From positions 1-9,371 of the IMG/VR virus record IMGVR_UViG_3300017593_000278: 9,371 bases of DNA. The stretch is one strand, 5' to 3'. Within the stretch, counting starts at the first letter, position 1, and the number at the start of each line of letters is the position of its first letter. The position numbers and the translations under genes were made by a program. Of this stretch, positions 1 through 7,376 are shown piece by piece. The notes under the pieces were generated by a model, which was given only the letters and a program-made list of their open reading frames with translations, was not told the origin of the DNA and did not search any database.

Positions 1-572
1 GCAGTTGCTTTATCTTTCTTCTCACTTGCTTTCTTAACAGCAATAAACACTTTTACGCCAAACAATTCAAACAAACTTTCAATTGTCTTTCTTCTCTCTA
101 TATATATATTTGATAAACCACCCTCGAACTTCTTATCAAAAGTCTCATAATTATTCTGTATATATTTTATTATTCCACCTTCAGTATCGACCCACAACGT
201 CTTATATCCAAGAGTCCCCCAAAACCATGCCTCTTGTAGCATAAATCTTGTTTTGCCTATTTCTGGTGGTGCGTAAAAACCAAATAGTTCATCTGAATTA
301 TACGGAAATCCATAGAAAGCTTTATTCATAACTTCCAAACTGCTAGGTAATTCCAAAAAATTTTCAATCCCATCTAATATTCTTTCAGCCTTCAACATAT
401 CCCTCACCTCTAATAATCTAACATGTTTACAATGTCCATGGGTTAAAAACCCAATGCAAGAACAAAAAGGTTCACCATTCCAAATAACAGCCGTATGGAT
501 ACCAGTGCTACCTTCAACTAATATCATCCTCATGTTCAGCCGTTTCATCCATATATGTTCCAATAACTTCAT
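1..572 (-). CDS. SWIM zinc-finger + RecA/RadB/KaiC-superfamily P-loop ATPase (C-terminus outside window; absent from ORF track)
   Basis: Manual translation gives an open frame from ATG 572 (GGTGA at 578-582, 5 nt spacer) to the window edge: MKLLEHIWMKRLNMRMILVEGSTGIHTAVIWNGEPFCSCIGFLTHGHCKHVRLLEVRDMLKAERILDGIENFLELPSSLEVMNKAFYGFPYNSDELFGFYAPPEIGKTRFMLQEAWFWGTLGYKTLWVDTEGG... It contains CxC-x8-CxH (SWIM-like), Walker A APPEIGKT, and the RecA-family hhhDTEG motif carrying the catalytic Glu. Confidence 0.85.
   Translation of the reverse strand, partial: MKLLEHIWMKRLNMRMILVEGSTGIHTAVIWNGEPFCSCIGFLTHGHCKHVRLLEVRDMLKAERILDGIENFLELPSSLEVMNKAFYGFPYNSDELFGFYAPPEIGKTRFMLQEAWFWGTLGYKTLWVDTEGGIIKYIQNNYETFDKKFEGGLSNIYIERRKTIESLFELFGVKVFIAVKKASEKKDKAT
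404..410 (-). promoter_or_regulatory. Internal Shine-Dalgarno GAGGTGA ahead of in-frame ATG 398
   Basis: Minus strand reads GAGGTGA-GGGAT-ATG. The heptamer and 5-nt spacer match those at six other gene starts in the window. Confidence 0.6.
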
Positions 573-933
573 ACGACTCACCATCCAATACCACATATTT
601 ACCAAGCTTCTTTTCGTACACTAAAAAATCATAGACAACCTCTGGGTATTTTGCAAGTGCTTTCACTGTTGCTATAGCATGCAATATGCCACCAACCAAC
701 ACAATATATATTTTGTCCTTATCATATTTAAAGCTTTCGGTATACCATGCATCGATGTTCTTCTTTATGCTCGTTATTGCTTTATTGACTAACGCTTTAT
801 TAGAGTAATCATAAATCACAGTATTTGTTAATTCCTTGACAATAACAATATCATTGACACCATCAAATGTACGTACAACCTCATCTGATATATTATATTT
901 CACCACAGAAGGTACAAATACCCATATAACCAC
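514..933 (-). CDS. Hypothetical ~139 aa alpha/beta (Rossmann-like) protein; possible CARF/Csx3/SAVED-like fold
   Basis: Start moved from 981 to GTG 933 because GAGGTGA (939-945) sits 5 nt upstream. The segment KIYIVLVGG-helix-FLVYEKKLGKYVVL resembles the strand-Gly-helix-hairpin core of Csx3/SAVED-type domains. The fold call is inference only. Confidence 0.7.
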   Translation of the reverse strand: MVIWVFVPSVVKYNISDEVVRTFDGVNDIVIVKELTNTVIYDYSNKALVNKAITSIKKNIDAWYTESFKYDKDKIYIVLVGGILHAIATVKALAKYPEVVYDFLVYEKKLGKYVVLDGESYEVIGTYMDETAEHEDDIS

Positions 934-943
934 ATCAATCACC

Positions 944-1585
944 TCACTCCGTATCTTTATCATATATAATCTGACTTGCAAATTTTGGTTGTGCTAATAT
1001 ATCCTCAAGTTGCTGAATTCTACTGTTTATCAAATTAACAGTATCTTCCCAAGAAATACCAGCTAATTTGTTCTCAGGCATTTCGACAATAGTTTGTTCA
1101 ACTGATAACAATTCCCTAACAACATATAACAATGTCAACTCCTTAACATTTTCGGGTAAATCAGTATGCCCATACCGATATGTAATAATTATTTCATCTC
1201 CACCCCAATCAACATCGAGAACCTTTATAAATATTTTTCCACTCTCAAGTAAAGTCCATCTATTTGTATCGTCTACCAATTCCCTATAAGAGTTACCAAA
1301 TAATACTTGCACACTTATAATTTGTGTAATCGCCTCTCTACTAAGAGTAATCGGAACACCTCTACCAACCAAAAATCCTGTTCGCCAAACACCCATATCA
1401 AATATTTCTTTAATTTCTTTAACTCTACCATTCCATGTGCTCGCTGTTAAATGGTCAACATTCTCCATAGCCCTAATAATACGCTTTATCAATTTTTCGT
1501 CAGAAAATGCACCTTCTACCCAATCAACATTCAAATATTCCCTCACATCATCTGGTGTTATATACAATTTTGCCACATTCACCAT
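944..1585 (-). CDS. Head-tail connector/adaptor (HK97 gp6 / SPP1 gp15-like)
   Basis: N-terminal YITPDDVREYL...SDEKLIKRIIRAMENVDHLT and C-terminal ITYRYGHTDLPENVKELTL are typical of gp6/gp15-type adaptors. It lies downstream of the capsid gene. GAGGTGA (1591-1597) supports ATG 1585. Confidence 0.8.
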   Translation of the reverse strand: MVNVAKLYITPDDVREYLNVDWVEGAFSDEKLIKRIIRAMENVDHLTASTWNGRVKEIKEIFDMGVWRTGFLVGRGVPITLSREAITQIISVQVLFGNSYRELVDDTNRWTLLESGKIFIKVLDVDWGGDEIIITYRYGHTDLPENVKELTLLYVVRELLSVEQTIVEMPENKLAGISWEDTVNLINSRIQQLEDILAQPKFASQIIYDKDTE

Positions 1586-1603
1586 ACCATTCACCTCAAA
1601 TAA

Positions 1604-1621
1604 TATTTAAAAAGAAAGAAA
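1604..1621 (-). terminator. Oligo-T tract (possible archaeal terminator) overlapping a TATA-like TTTAAATA
   Basis: Minus strand reads TAG-TTTCTTTCTTTTTAAATA directly after the stop of the gene that follows the MCP, in one of the few intergenic gaps. Confidence 0.45.
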
Positions 1622-1903
1622 CTAAAACTTCTTAATCACCAATACTTTATAACTCACTACAATATCCTGAGCTGAATCACTATTATTAATAGCCTTAACA
1701 TAAATAGTATGCAAATCTTCGGCAATTCGCACAAATTCAACAGACGCATCTGAAGTATCGGTTTTAATTCCAACAACAATTGCTACACTGTTACTACCAA
1801 TATCAAAACTCACAACACTTGAAGACCCAGCACCAACTGAACTTGCCGTAACTGTCCCCTCGACATAGTCAGCCCGAATAATATCTGGAAATTCCCTCAA
1901 CAT
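1622..1903 (-). CDS. Small beta-rich virion protein (candidate capsid decoration/cement), 93 aa
   Basis: GGGGTGA (1908-1914) precedes ATG 1903. The sequence is V/S/A/I-rich with alternating beta-strand patterns and directly follows the MCP. Function is inferred from position. Confidence 0.6.
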   Translation of the reverse strand: MLREFPDIIRADYVEGTVTASSVGAGSSSVVSFDIGSNSVAIVVGIKTDTSDASVEFVRIAEDLHTIYVKAINNSDSAQDIVVSYKVLVIKKF

Positions 1904-1932
1904 TTTATCACCCCAAATATTATTAAAAGGCA

Positions 1933-3123
1933 TCAAGCCTTAACAATATCTCTAATCTTTGCCTGAACTCTTAGGTTTCTTGCTACTACTTCTCCAAAGA
2001 ATGTGTAGATACCTCTTGTGGTTGTCTTGTTGTTAACAAGTGGGTTATCAATCTCATAGTATCTAGGTGGTTCTGCAACAGATATAGCAAGTCTTGGATA
2101 TCCATTTCCTTCAGGGTCTGATGTATCAAGTATATATAGCCTGTTTAGACCATTGCTAGAACTTCTATCAACAGGTGTATCTACTGCAGTTATGATAGGT
2201 ATTCCGAATATAGACATCACTTTCATTCCAACGTCAACACCCTCAGGTGTCTGTACACCGTTAACACTACCTCTTGCATATCTCATCTCAGTCTTTGCAT
2301 ATCTTGTAAGTGTCTCGTACATGCTAAGTAGGTATGCATATGTCTTTGCACCAGTAAGCATAACATTTGGTCTTCCCCCTCTTTCCCAAACTTCAGCAAG
2401 AGCATCAAGTATTAAATCTGTAGTAAGTGCCTGTCCACCTGATTCGGATGAATATTTAACAACTGAATCGTATATACTATCTGCACTTCTATCAACTCCG
2501 TAAACATCTTCTCTACCTGCAACCTGTAGTGCTGATGCCTCTGCAGAGCTTGAAACTATTCTGTCTAGTGGAAGTATGTAGTTTGTGGTTGTTGATGGGT
2601 CTTCACAATCTGAACCATCTGTAAAGTTCTCACCGAAATATTTTCTCATTATCATCATGTTTATTAGCTTTACAAAATTCTGGGCATACTCTTTCCTAAG
2701 TCTGTCAACTGTAACGACTGCATCATCTTTACTCCTACTCTTTAATAGCATTTTCTTACTAATTTCAAACGGAAGTGCCGCCTTTTTAATATCTGCTTCC
2801 ATTCTAGCATACTCTGGAAGTACTGCAGATGGAAGAGTATCACCTTCGCCAAACACAATGTTCGCATACGTAGTTGGTAAAGCTACTTCAACTCTCCAAC
2901 CACTTCTTGGAAAATCTGTTTTTGGTAACATACCAAAAGCATTTGCTTCTTTATTGAGTAAAGACCACACTAGCATACCATAAGTCTTGTTTAGATAATC
3001 AGCACCAAGTGTAGTTTGTATTGCACCTGTACCCTTTGTTATTCCTTCAACATCCCAAAATACACCACTCTCTCCTTCAAGATACCACTTTTTTAGCTCA
3101 GCTAAACTCAATATTCTATACAT
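1933..3123 (-). CDS. Major capsid protein (HK97 fold), ~396 aa
   Basis: Size and position follow protease and scaffold. The N-terminal YGMLVWSLLNKEANAFGMLPKTDFPRSGWRV resembles, from memory, MCPs of archaeal tailed viruses (halovirus/magrovirus type). It also has FGIPII and a C-terminal GEVVARNLRVQAKIRDI. GAGGTGA (3129-3135) supports ATG 3123. Confidence 0.88.
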   Translation of the reverse strand: MYRILSLAELKKWYLEGESGVFWDVEGITKGTGAIQTTLGADYLNKTYGMLVWSLLNKEANAFGMLPKTDFPRSGWRVEVALPTTYANIVFGEGDTLPSAVLPEYARMEADIKKAALPFEISKKMLLKSRSKDDAVVTVDRLRKEYAQNFVKLINMMIMRKYFGENFTDGSDCEDPSTTTNYILPLDRIVSSSAEASALQVAGREDVYGVDRSADSIYDSVVKYSSESGGQALTTDLILDALAEVWERGGRPNVMLTGAKTYAYLLSMYETLTRYAKTEMRYARGSVNGVQTPEGVDVGMKVMSIFGIPIITAVDTPVDRSSSNGLNRLYILDTSDPEGNGYPRLAISVAEPPRYYEIDNPLVNNKTTTRGIYTFFGEVVARNLRVQAKIRDIVKA

Positions 3124-3128
3124 TTCTT

Positions 3129-3626
3129 TCACCTCTTAAGTAATTCAAACACCTTATCAGGATTTCCTCTACCGTCCAAAATCTCAAAAATCTCATCGTC
3201 TATACCTTTTTCGATATCAATCGCATCAACAACTGGAGTCTCTGAAACATCATCAAATTCCTCTTTTTCTTCAGTTTCGCCCTTTTTAACTTCTTCATCT
3301 TTGGCTTCCTCTTTAACTTCCTCTTCAGCTTTCTTTTCGACTTCCGCTTTCTCAATTGTTTCCTCTGCTTCCTTATCAGTTACCTCTTCGGTAACTTCAT
3401 TGGTATTGTCTTCAGCTTTCTCAACTTTATCTTCCTCAACTTTCTCCTCAATCTTTTCTTCAACATCTGTTTTAATCCCTTTCTTAATCTCGTCGAAATT
3501 ATCAATCATAACAGATATTAATCCTTTCTGAACTTCGACCAACTTATCTATAACATCCTCTATATCTTGTAGTTTTTTCTCAATTTCCTTTAATTTTTCC
3601 TCAACAATCTCAAAATTTTCACCCAT
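3129..3626 (-). CDS. Acidic coiled-coil capsid scaffolding protein, ~165 aa
   Basis: Extremely E/K/D-rich with an N-terminal heptad pattern (VEEKLKEIEKKLQDIEDVIDKL). It sits immediately upstream of the MCP. GAGGTG (3634-3639) supports ATG 3626. Confidence 0.7.
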   Translation of the reverse strand: MGENFEIVEEKLKEIEKKLQDIEDVIDKLVEVQKGLISVMIDNFDEIKKGIKTDVEEKIEEKVEEDKVEKAEDNTNEVTEEVTDKEAEETIEKAEVEKKAEEEVKEEAKDEEVKKGETEEKEEFDDVSETPVVDAIDIEKGIDDEIFEILDGRGNPDKVFELLKR

Positions 3627-3637
3627 TCCCAAACACC

Positions 3638-3874
3638 TCAATTCTTTTTCTTATCCCGTTCATTCAACCAAACTTGTTTTCTTCGTCTTGCTCCAACTGT
3701 TCTGGGGTCATCAGGCTCAGATTCAGATGGACGTTTCGTTTTCATTTGATGATAAAATATCCACCCACATAATCTCCGAGCCGTATCTTCATCAACACCA
3801 TTCTCATTCATCACACGTTCAACACAATGGTAAAACCATTTCTTTGGTGGTCTCAAATCATTTGCTTTCATCAC
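3638..3874 (-). CDS. Small basic protein with a CV-x17-C helical module (head-associated, unknown function)
   Basis: The ORF fills the gap between protease and scaffold. WFYHCVERVMNENGVDEDTARRLCGWI resembles the protease C-terminal segment. The start could be GTG 3874 or ATG 3871. Confidence 0.7.
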   Translation of the reverse strand: MMKANDLRPPKKWFYHCVERVMNENGVDEDTARRLCGWIFYHQMKTKRPSESEPDDPRTVGARRRKQVWLNERDKKKN

Positions 3875-5120
3875 CCTCTCTACGAAATTTACCTTTTACC
3901 ATTTCCTTTGCTTTTTCAATTTCGTCAACAAAAATTTCTAGCTCAGTTAGAGATAATTCAATATCATCACCGAACATATCGACAACAAAATGATATTCAT
4001 CTCCTTTCTTAACATACCTCTTTATATATGCACATATACGTTTAGCACTTTCCAAACTCTTACCAGTTGCCATCATGTATCTAACACAACCACAAAATCT
4101 TGACTTGGTATCAGGGTCATCTGGACATGACATTTCTTTAAAATGGCTACCTTCCATATACTTCTCTTTATCCACTTTAGCTTTGATAAGATTTACAAGC
4201 TCTTCTACCTTTTCTTTCAATCCAATAGTATCAACACGTTTCTCGCCAACCGCTTCGTATACACTATCAACAGCATCTGGAGAATTGTTTATTTCAATAG
4301 TTGTATCAATTCCCTCATCATCCTTTTTAATATCTTCCATTTTATTTTCTTCTCCCAACGATACCACCACCAACAAAGATTTCATAACATCTAACAATAC
4401 ATCTACTTTAACATCATTTGACGCACCACTATGTAATATGTTATGCACTACACCTTTATAAATATCCACTATTCTCGATACTTCTTCATCTTCACTCACC
4501 GCATTTAGACGAGTATTGAAAATTTCAAGCATATCACCAAAATCAAGACTCTTTAAAATACTTTCATAATCTAGTTCAATTTGTCCTTTAGCCAAAGAAA
4601 CTTCTTCTATTTTAGCATAAGGATTTCTAGGACTACCAACAATGCTAATTTCACTAATTTCAATTTGCTCAAATTCTCTAATAACAACATCATCTTTTAA
4701 AACATCCTTTGATTTTCCTTTCCCACCAATCGAAAATGCTGTAAGTTTGCCCTCTTTAATTGCATTCCAAACCGCATTATCTGTAGCATAATCATCGAAT
4801 ATTTGTGCAACAATATATACACCCCATTTACTTGTATCTGGATGTTTCATTATTTCCCACTGCACAATTTTACCAACCTTAACAATAGAATGTGCAAAAT
4901 GAACATCCCCACCACGCTTCATGTATTTAATCATTGCAGACTTCAATACACTAATTGGTAAAATATCATTATCTTTATCAACAACTTCAACACTAGCCCA
5001 ACCACTAACAAGTCTATCCGATTCATTAGTAACAGTTATTTTCATAGATTCTGTAACATATTTATTCGCATCAATGACATCACCATTATCAATTTCTTGT
5101 TTAATAATATCTTCACTCAT
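3858..5120 (-). CDS. Prohead maturation serine protease (HK97 gp4/XkdF-like) with a long C-terminal extension
   Basis: RLVSGWASVEVVDKDNDI, a candidate catalytic His (FAHS..VGKI), VWNAIKEGKLTAFSIGG (catalytic Ser motif) and ISEISIVGSPRNPYA. GAGGTGA (5126-5132) supports ATG 5120. Confidence 0.9.
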   Translation of the reverse strand: MSEDIIKQEIDNGDVIDANKYVTESMKITVTNESDRLVSGWASVEVVDKDNDILPISVLKSAMIKYMKRGGDVHFAHSIVKVGKIVQWEIMKHPDTSKWGVYIVAQIFDDYATDNAVWNAIKEGKLTAFSIGGKGKSKDVLKDDVVIREFEQIEISEISIVGSPRNPYAKIEEVSLAKGQIELDYESILKSLDFGDMLEIFNTRLNAVSEDEEVSRIVDIYKGVVHNILHSGASNDVKVDVLLDVMKSLLVVVSLGEENKMEDIKKDDEGIDTTIEINNSPDAVDSVYEAVGEKRVDTIGLKEKVEELVNLIKAKVDKEKYMEGSHFKEMSCPDDPDTKSRFCGCVRYMMATGKSLESAKRICAYIKRYVKKGDEYHFVVDMFGDDIELSLTELEIFVDEIEKAKEMVKGKFRREGDESK

Positions 5121-5125
5121 AATAT

Positions 5126-5716
5126 TCACCTCTTTCTAACACCTCTAACAACACATCTACACCGTGGATGAACCGTATATTCCCTACTTTTACCCCCACC
5201 GATACTAGCTATGTACTCCCGTAACATTTCAATTTCAACACCACCCTTTGTAAGCTCTGCAACTCTCCTACATTTCTCACATACTTTATCATCTTTTTTA
5301 TTAACAAACTCAAATTTGTTAATACCCAATCTCTCTTGATAATACATAACTCTAACACTATTTGCTAAATTACTTAATTCAGTCATCGCTATTGTCTCTG
5401 CCTTATCTCTATCCAATCCAATATTTACCAATTCTTCAATAACTTTACCTTTCCTAACAAACCATCCATTGACGAATGAATGTACCAAAACTTCATTAAC
5501 TTTTTTAGCTACCTCTTCATCTAAATCGGTATAAAACTTCCACCTATCAACTTTAAATAATGCCCATTCTCGCATTCCTTTTGTAACTTTTGTAATATAA
5601 TATGTTCTACCTTTTTCCAATATATCCAAATCATCATCATCTAATACAGTAGTAAACCACGAATATCCACCAATTAATGACTTCCGCACAAAATTTCTTA
5701 TGTTATCAATAATCAC
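5126..5716 (-). CDS. Mu gpF / SPP1 gp7-like minor head morphogenesis protein
   Basis: AETIAMTELSN, DDKVCEKC and C-terminal HPRCRC are hallmark motifs. It lies between portal and protease. The GTG start overlaps the portal TGA, with GGAGGT upstream. Confidence 0.88.
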   Translation of the reverse strand: MIIDNIRNFVRKSLIGGYSWFTTVLDDDDLDILEKGRTYYITKVTKGMREWALFKVDRWKFYTDLDEEVAKKVNEVLVHSFVNGWFVRKGKVIEELVNIGLDRDKAETIAMTELSNLANSVRVMYYQERLGINKFEFVNKKDDKVCEKCRRVAELTKGGVEIEMLREYIASIGGGKSREYTVHPRCRCVVRGVRKR

Positions 5717-7371
5717 GCCCCTTCAACCTCCTTATCTGACGCATCTCTACGCTTTCTCCTAACTATCTGTGGTTGTCCTTGATATCTGTCAGCTGTACCA
5801 CTTGACATTCTACCTCTTTCGGGTTCTCCTTGAAATCTATCCTCTGGTTTATTCATATTAATCTTATTATCTTCTTGTTTTGTTGTCTTTTCTTCAGATT
5901 TAACAAATTTGAAATCTATACCGTCTTCACCCTCAAACATTATAGCATCATAACCAAGTGTTTTCATTGCCTGAGCTTTCTGTATTCTTAACATCTCCCT
6001 CTCAATCTTTGCCTTCATATCTTTCTCTTCATGGTGAACCAACTTAATCTCCCAATCTTCAATCTCCAACTGTTTAGCAATCCATTTCAATATTCCTTCG
6101 TTCAATCTATATTGCTCCCTATCCAATACCCTATTTGTAACAGTTATCTGAAGTCCCTCATTAGCCAAACCAACCCCAGTTGAATAATCAGCTTGGAATA
6201 ATGGCATTACACCAAAGGTAGCACCAATACTTCTTCTTAATTCATTTCTATATTCAATGAAATTGATATCATCAGCCCTATAACTCATATCTATAAATTC
6301 CGCTGGTCTCGTGCTTTTCATCAAATTAGGATTATCAATCGCAAACGGTATTAAGCTATATGGGTTCTTTGCTCTCTCCTCTTCAATACGTTTCCACATC
6401 TTGTAAACTTTAGCTGGATTTCCTCGTATTATCAGTAAACCAGCTGGTGGTCTTCTCAAAGAGTAACTATATAATACATATTCATCCATTTTCATCAAAA
6501 TCATAACCTTTTGCCACACAGACATTAACAACGGTGTACCATATCCCACACTATGCTCACTCTTTGTATCAAAATATACTTCATCCCCAGAATAATATAC
6601 TATAATATTACTATTAAGCTTCGCTCTGAAATGAGCCTCAAACATCTCAGTGCCACAAATTGGACATTTAATATTCCCTTTCTCATAATCATCTGGTTTA
6701 ACAGTTATAAGTTTATTCCTGTGTTTTGGACAAACCATCAAATAATTCCCATTATCATCTCTACCATAAGAACCAAATCTATTCATAATTATTTGCATCA
6801 CAAACGGTGAACCCCTAATAATCTCTTTGATTTCACTTTTTACAACTTTACCATTTTTAAAATAATATTTCTTATGAGCAACAACAAAAGCATTATCATA
6901 AACATTTAAATCGACTGCAAACCCATATAACAAATCGAGTAACTTCTGTTTGTTTTCATTTATATTACCCATCCACTCCATTAATTTATTATACTCATTT
7001 TCATCAGGTTCTACTATATTTGTAGAACCACATTTCTCACATTTATCAACACGCTCTTCATATACAGCTCCACAATCCTCACACTTACTAGCAAATTTAG
7101 GTTTTAAATATATACCATTTTTAATTGTCTCATCAACAATACTCCTAATTATTGTTTTAACAACATCACTATTATTAAATAAATATCTCGCTATTTTTAA
7201 TGTTGTCAAATTTGGCTCTCTAAACGACTGGTCATATGGAATAATCTTTTTAAAATCATCCAATACTGGTCTAGGATTCATTCCACCATATATCGCAAAA
7301 TACTCATCATCACTTGATACATTATCCCCTTTTGTGAACAGTTTATCTTTAATATATTCAATAATACCCAT
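5713..7371 (-). CDS. Portal protein with two zinc-ribbon insertions, ~552 aa
   Basis: Portal-like segments DLNVYDNAFV, GYGTPLLMS and FIEYRNELRRSIGATFGVMP. It is the first gene of the portal-gpF-protease-MCP order. Inserts are CEDC..CEKC and CPKH..CPIC. GAGGTGA (7377-7383) supports ATG 7371. Confidence 0.88.
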   Translation of the reverse strand: MGIIEYIKDKLFTKGDNVSSDDEYFAIYGGMNPRPVLDDFKKIIPYDQSFREPNLTTLKIARYLFNNSDVVKTIIRSIVDETIKNGIYLKPKFASKCEDCGAVYEERVDKCEKCGSTNIVEPDENEYNKLMEWMGNINENKQKLLDLLYGFAVDLNVYDNAFVVAHKKYYFKNGKVVKSEIKEIIRGSPFVMQIIMNRFGSYGRDDNGNYLMVCPKHRNKLITVKPDDYEKGNIKCPICGTEMFEAHFRAKLNSNIIVYYSGDEVYFDTKSEHSVGYGTPLLMSVWQKVMILMKMDEYVLYSYSLRRPPAGLLIIRGNPAKVYKMWKRIEEERAKNPYSLIPFAIDNPNLMKSTRPAEFIDMSYRADDINFIEYRNELRRSIGATFGVMPLFQADYSTGVGLANEGLQITVTNRVLDREQYRLNEGILKWIAKQLEIEDWEIKLVHHEEKDMKAKIEREMLRIQKAQAMKTLGYDAIMFEGEDGIDFKFVKSEEKTTKQEDNKINMNKPEDRFQGEPERGRMSSGTADRYQGQPQIVRRKRRDASDKEVEGA

Positions 7372-7376
7372 CAATA

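Larger units (their letters stand above)
944..7371 (-). mobile_element. Head morphogenesis module of a tailed (HK97-lineage) archaeal virus or provirus
   Basis: Canonical order portal, gpF, protease, scaffold, MCP, adaptor. Genes are co-oriented and abutting with archaeal-type SD sites. No attachment site or integrase is visible, so virus versus provirus cannot be decided. Confidence 0.88.

Noticed and set aside
934-981. ORF-track start at 981 for the 155-aa protein
   Set aside because: It overlaps the adaptor gene. GAGGTGA at 939-945 points to GTG 933.
1933-3123. N-glycosylation sequons in the MCP (NKT, NFT)
   Set aside because: Expected by chance. HK97-type capsids assemble in the cytoplasm, away from the AglB machinery.
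3240-3470. Repetitive TTC/CTT-rich DNA resembling a tandem repeat or CRISPR array
   Set aside because: It is explained by Glu/Lys codons of the scaffold. There is no fixed repeat unit or spacer structure.
5713-7371. Intein as the explanation for the Cys-rich portal inserts
   Set aside because: No intein splice-junction motifs (C-terminal HN followed by C/S/T) or LAGLIDADG blocks were seen, and the inserts are short.
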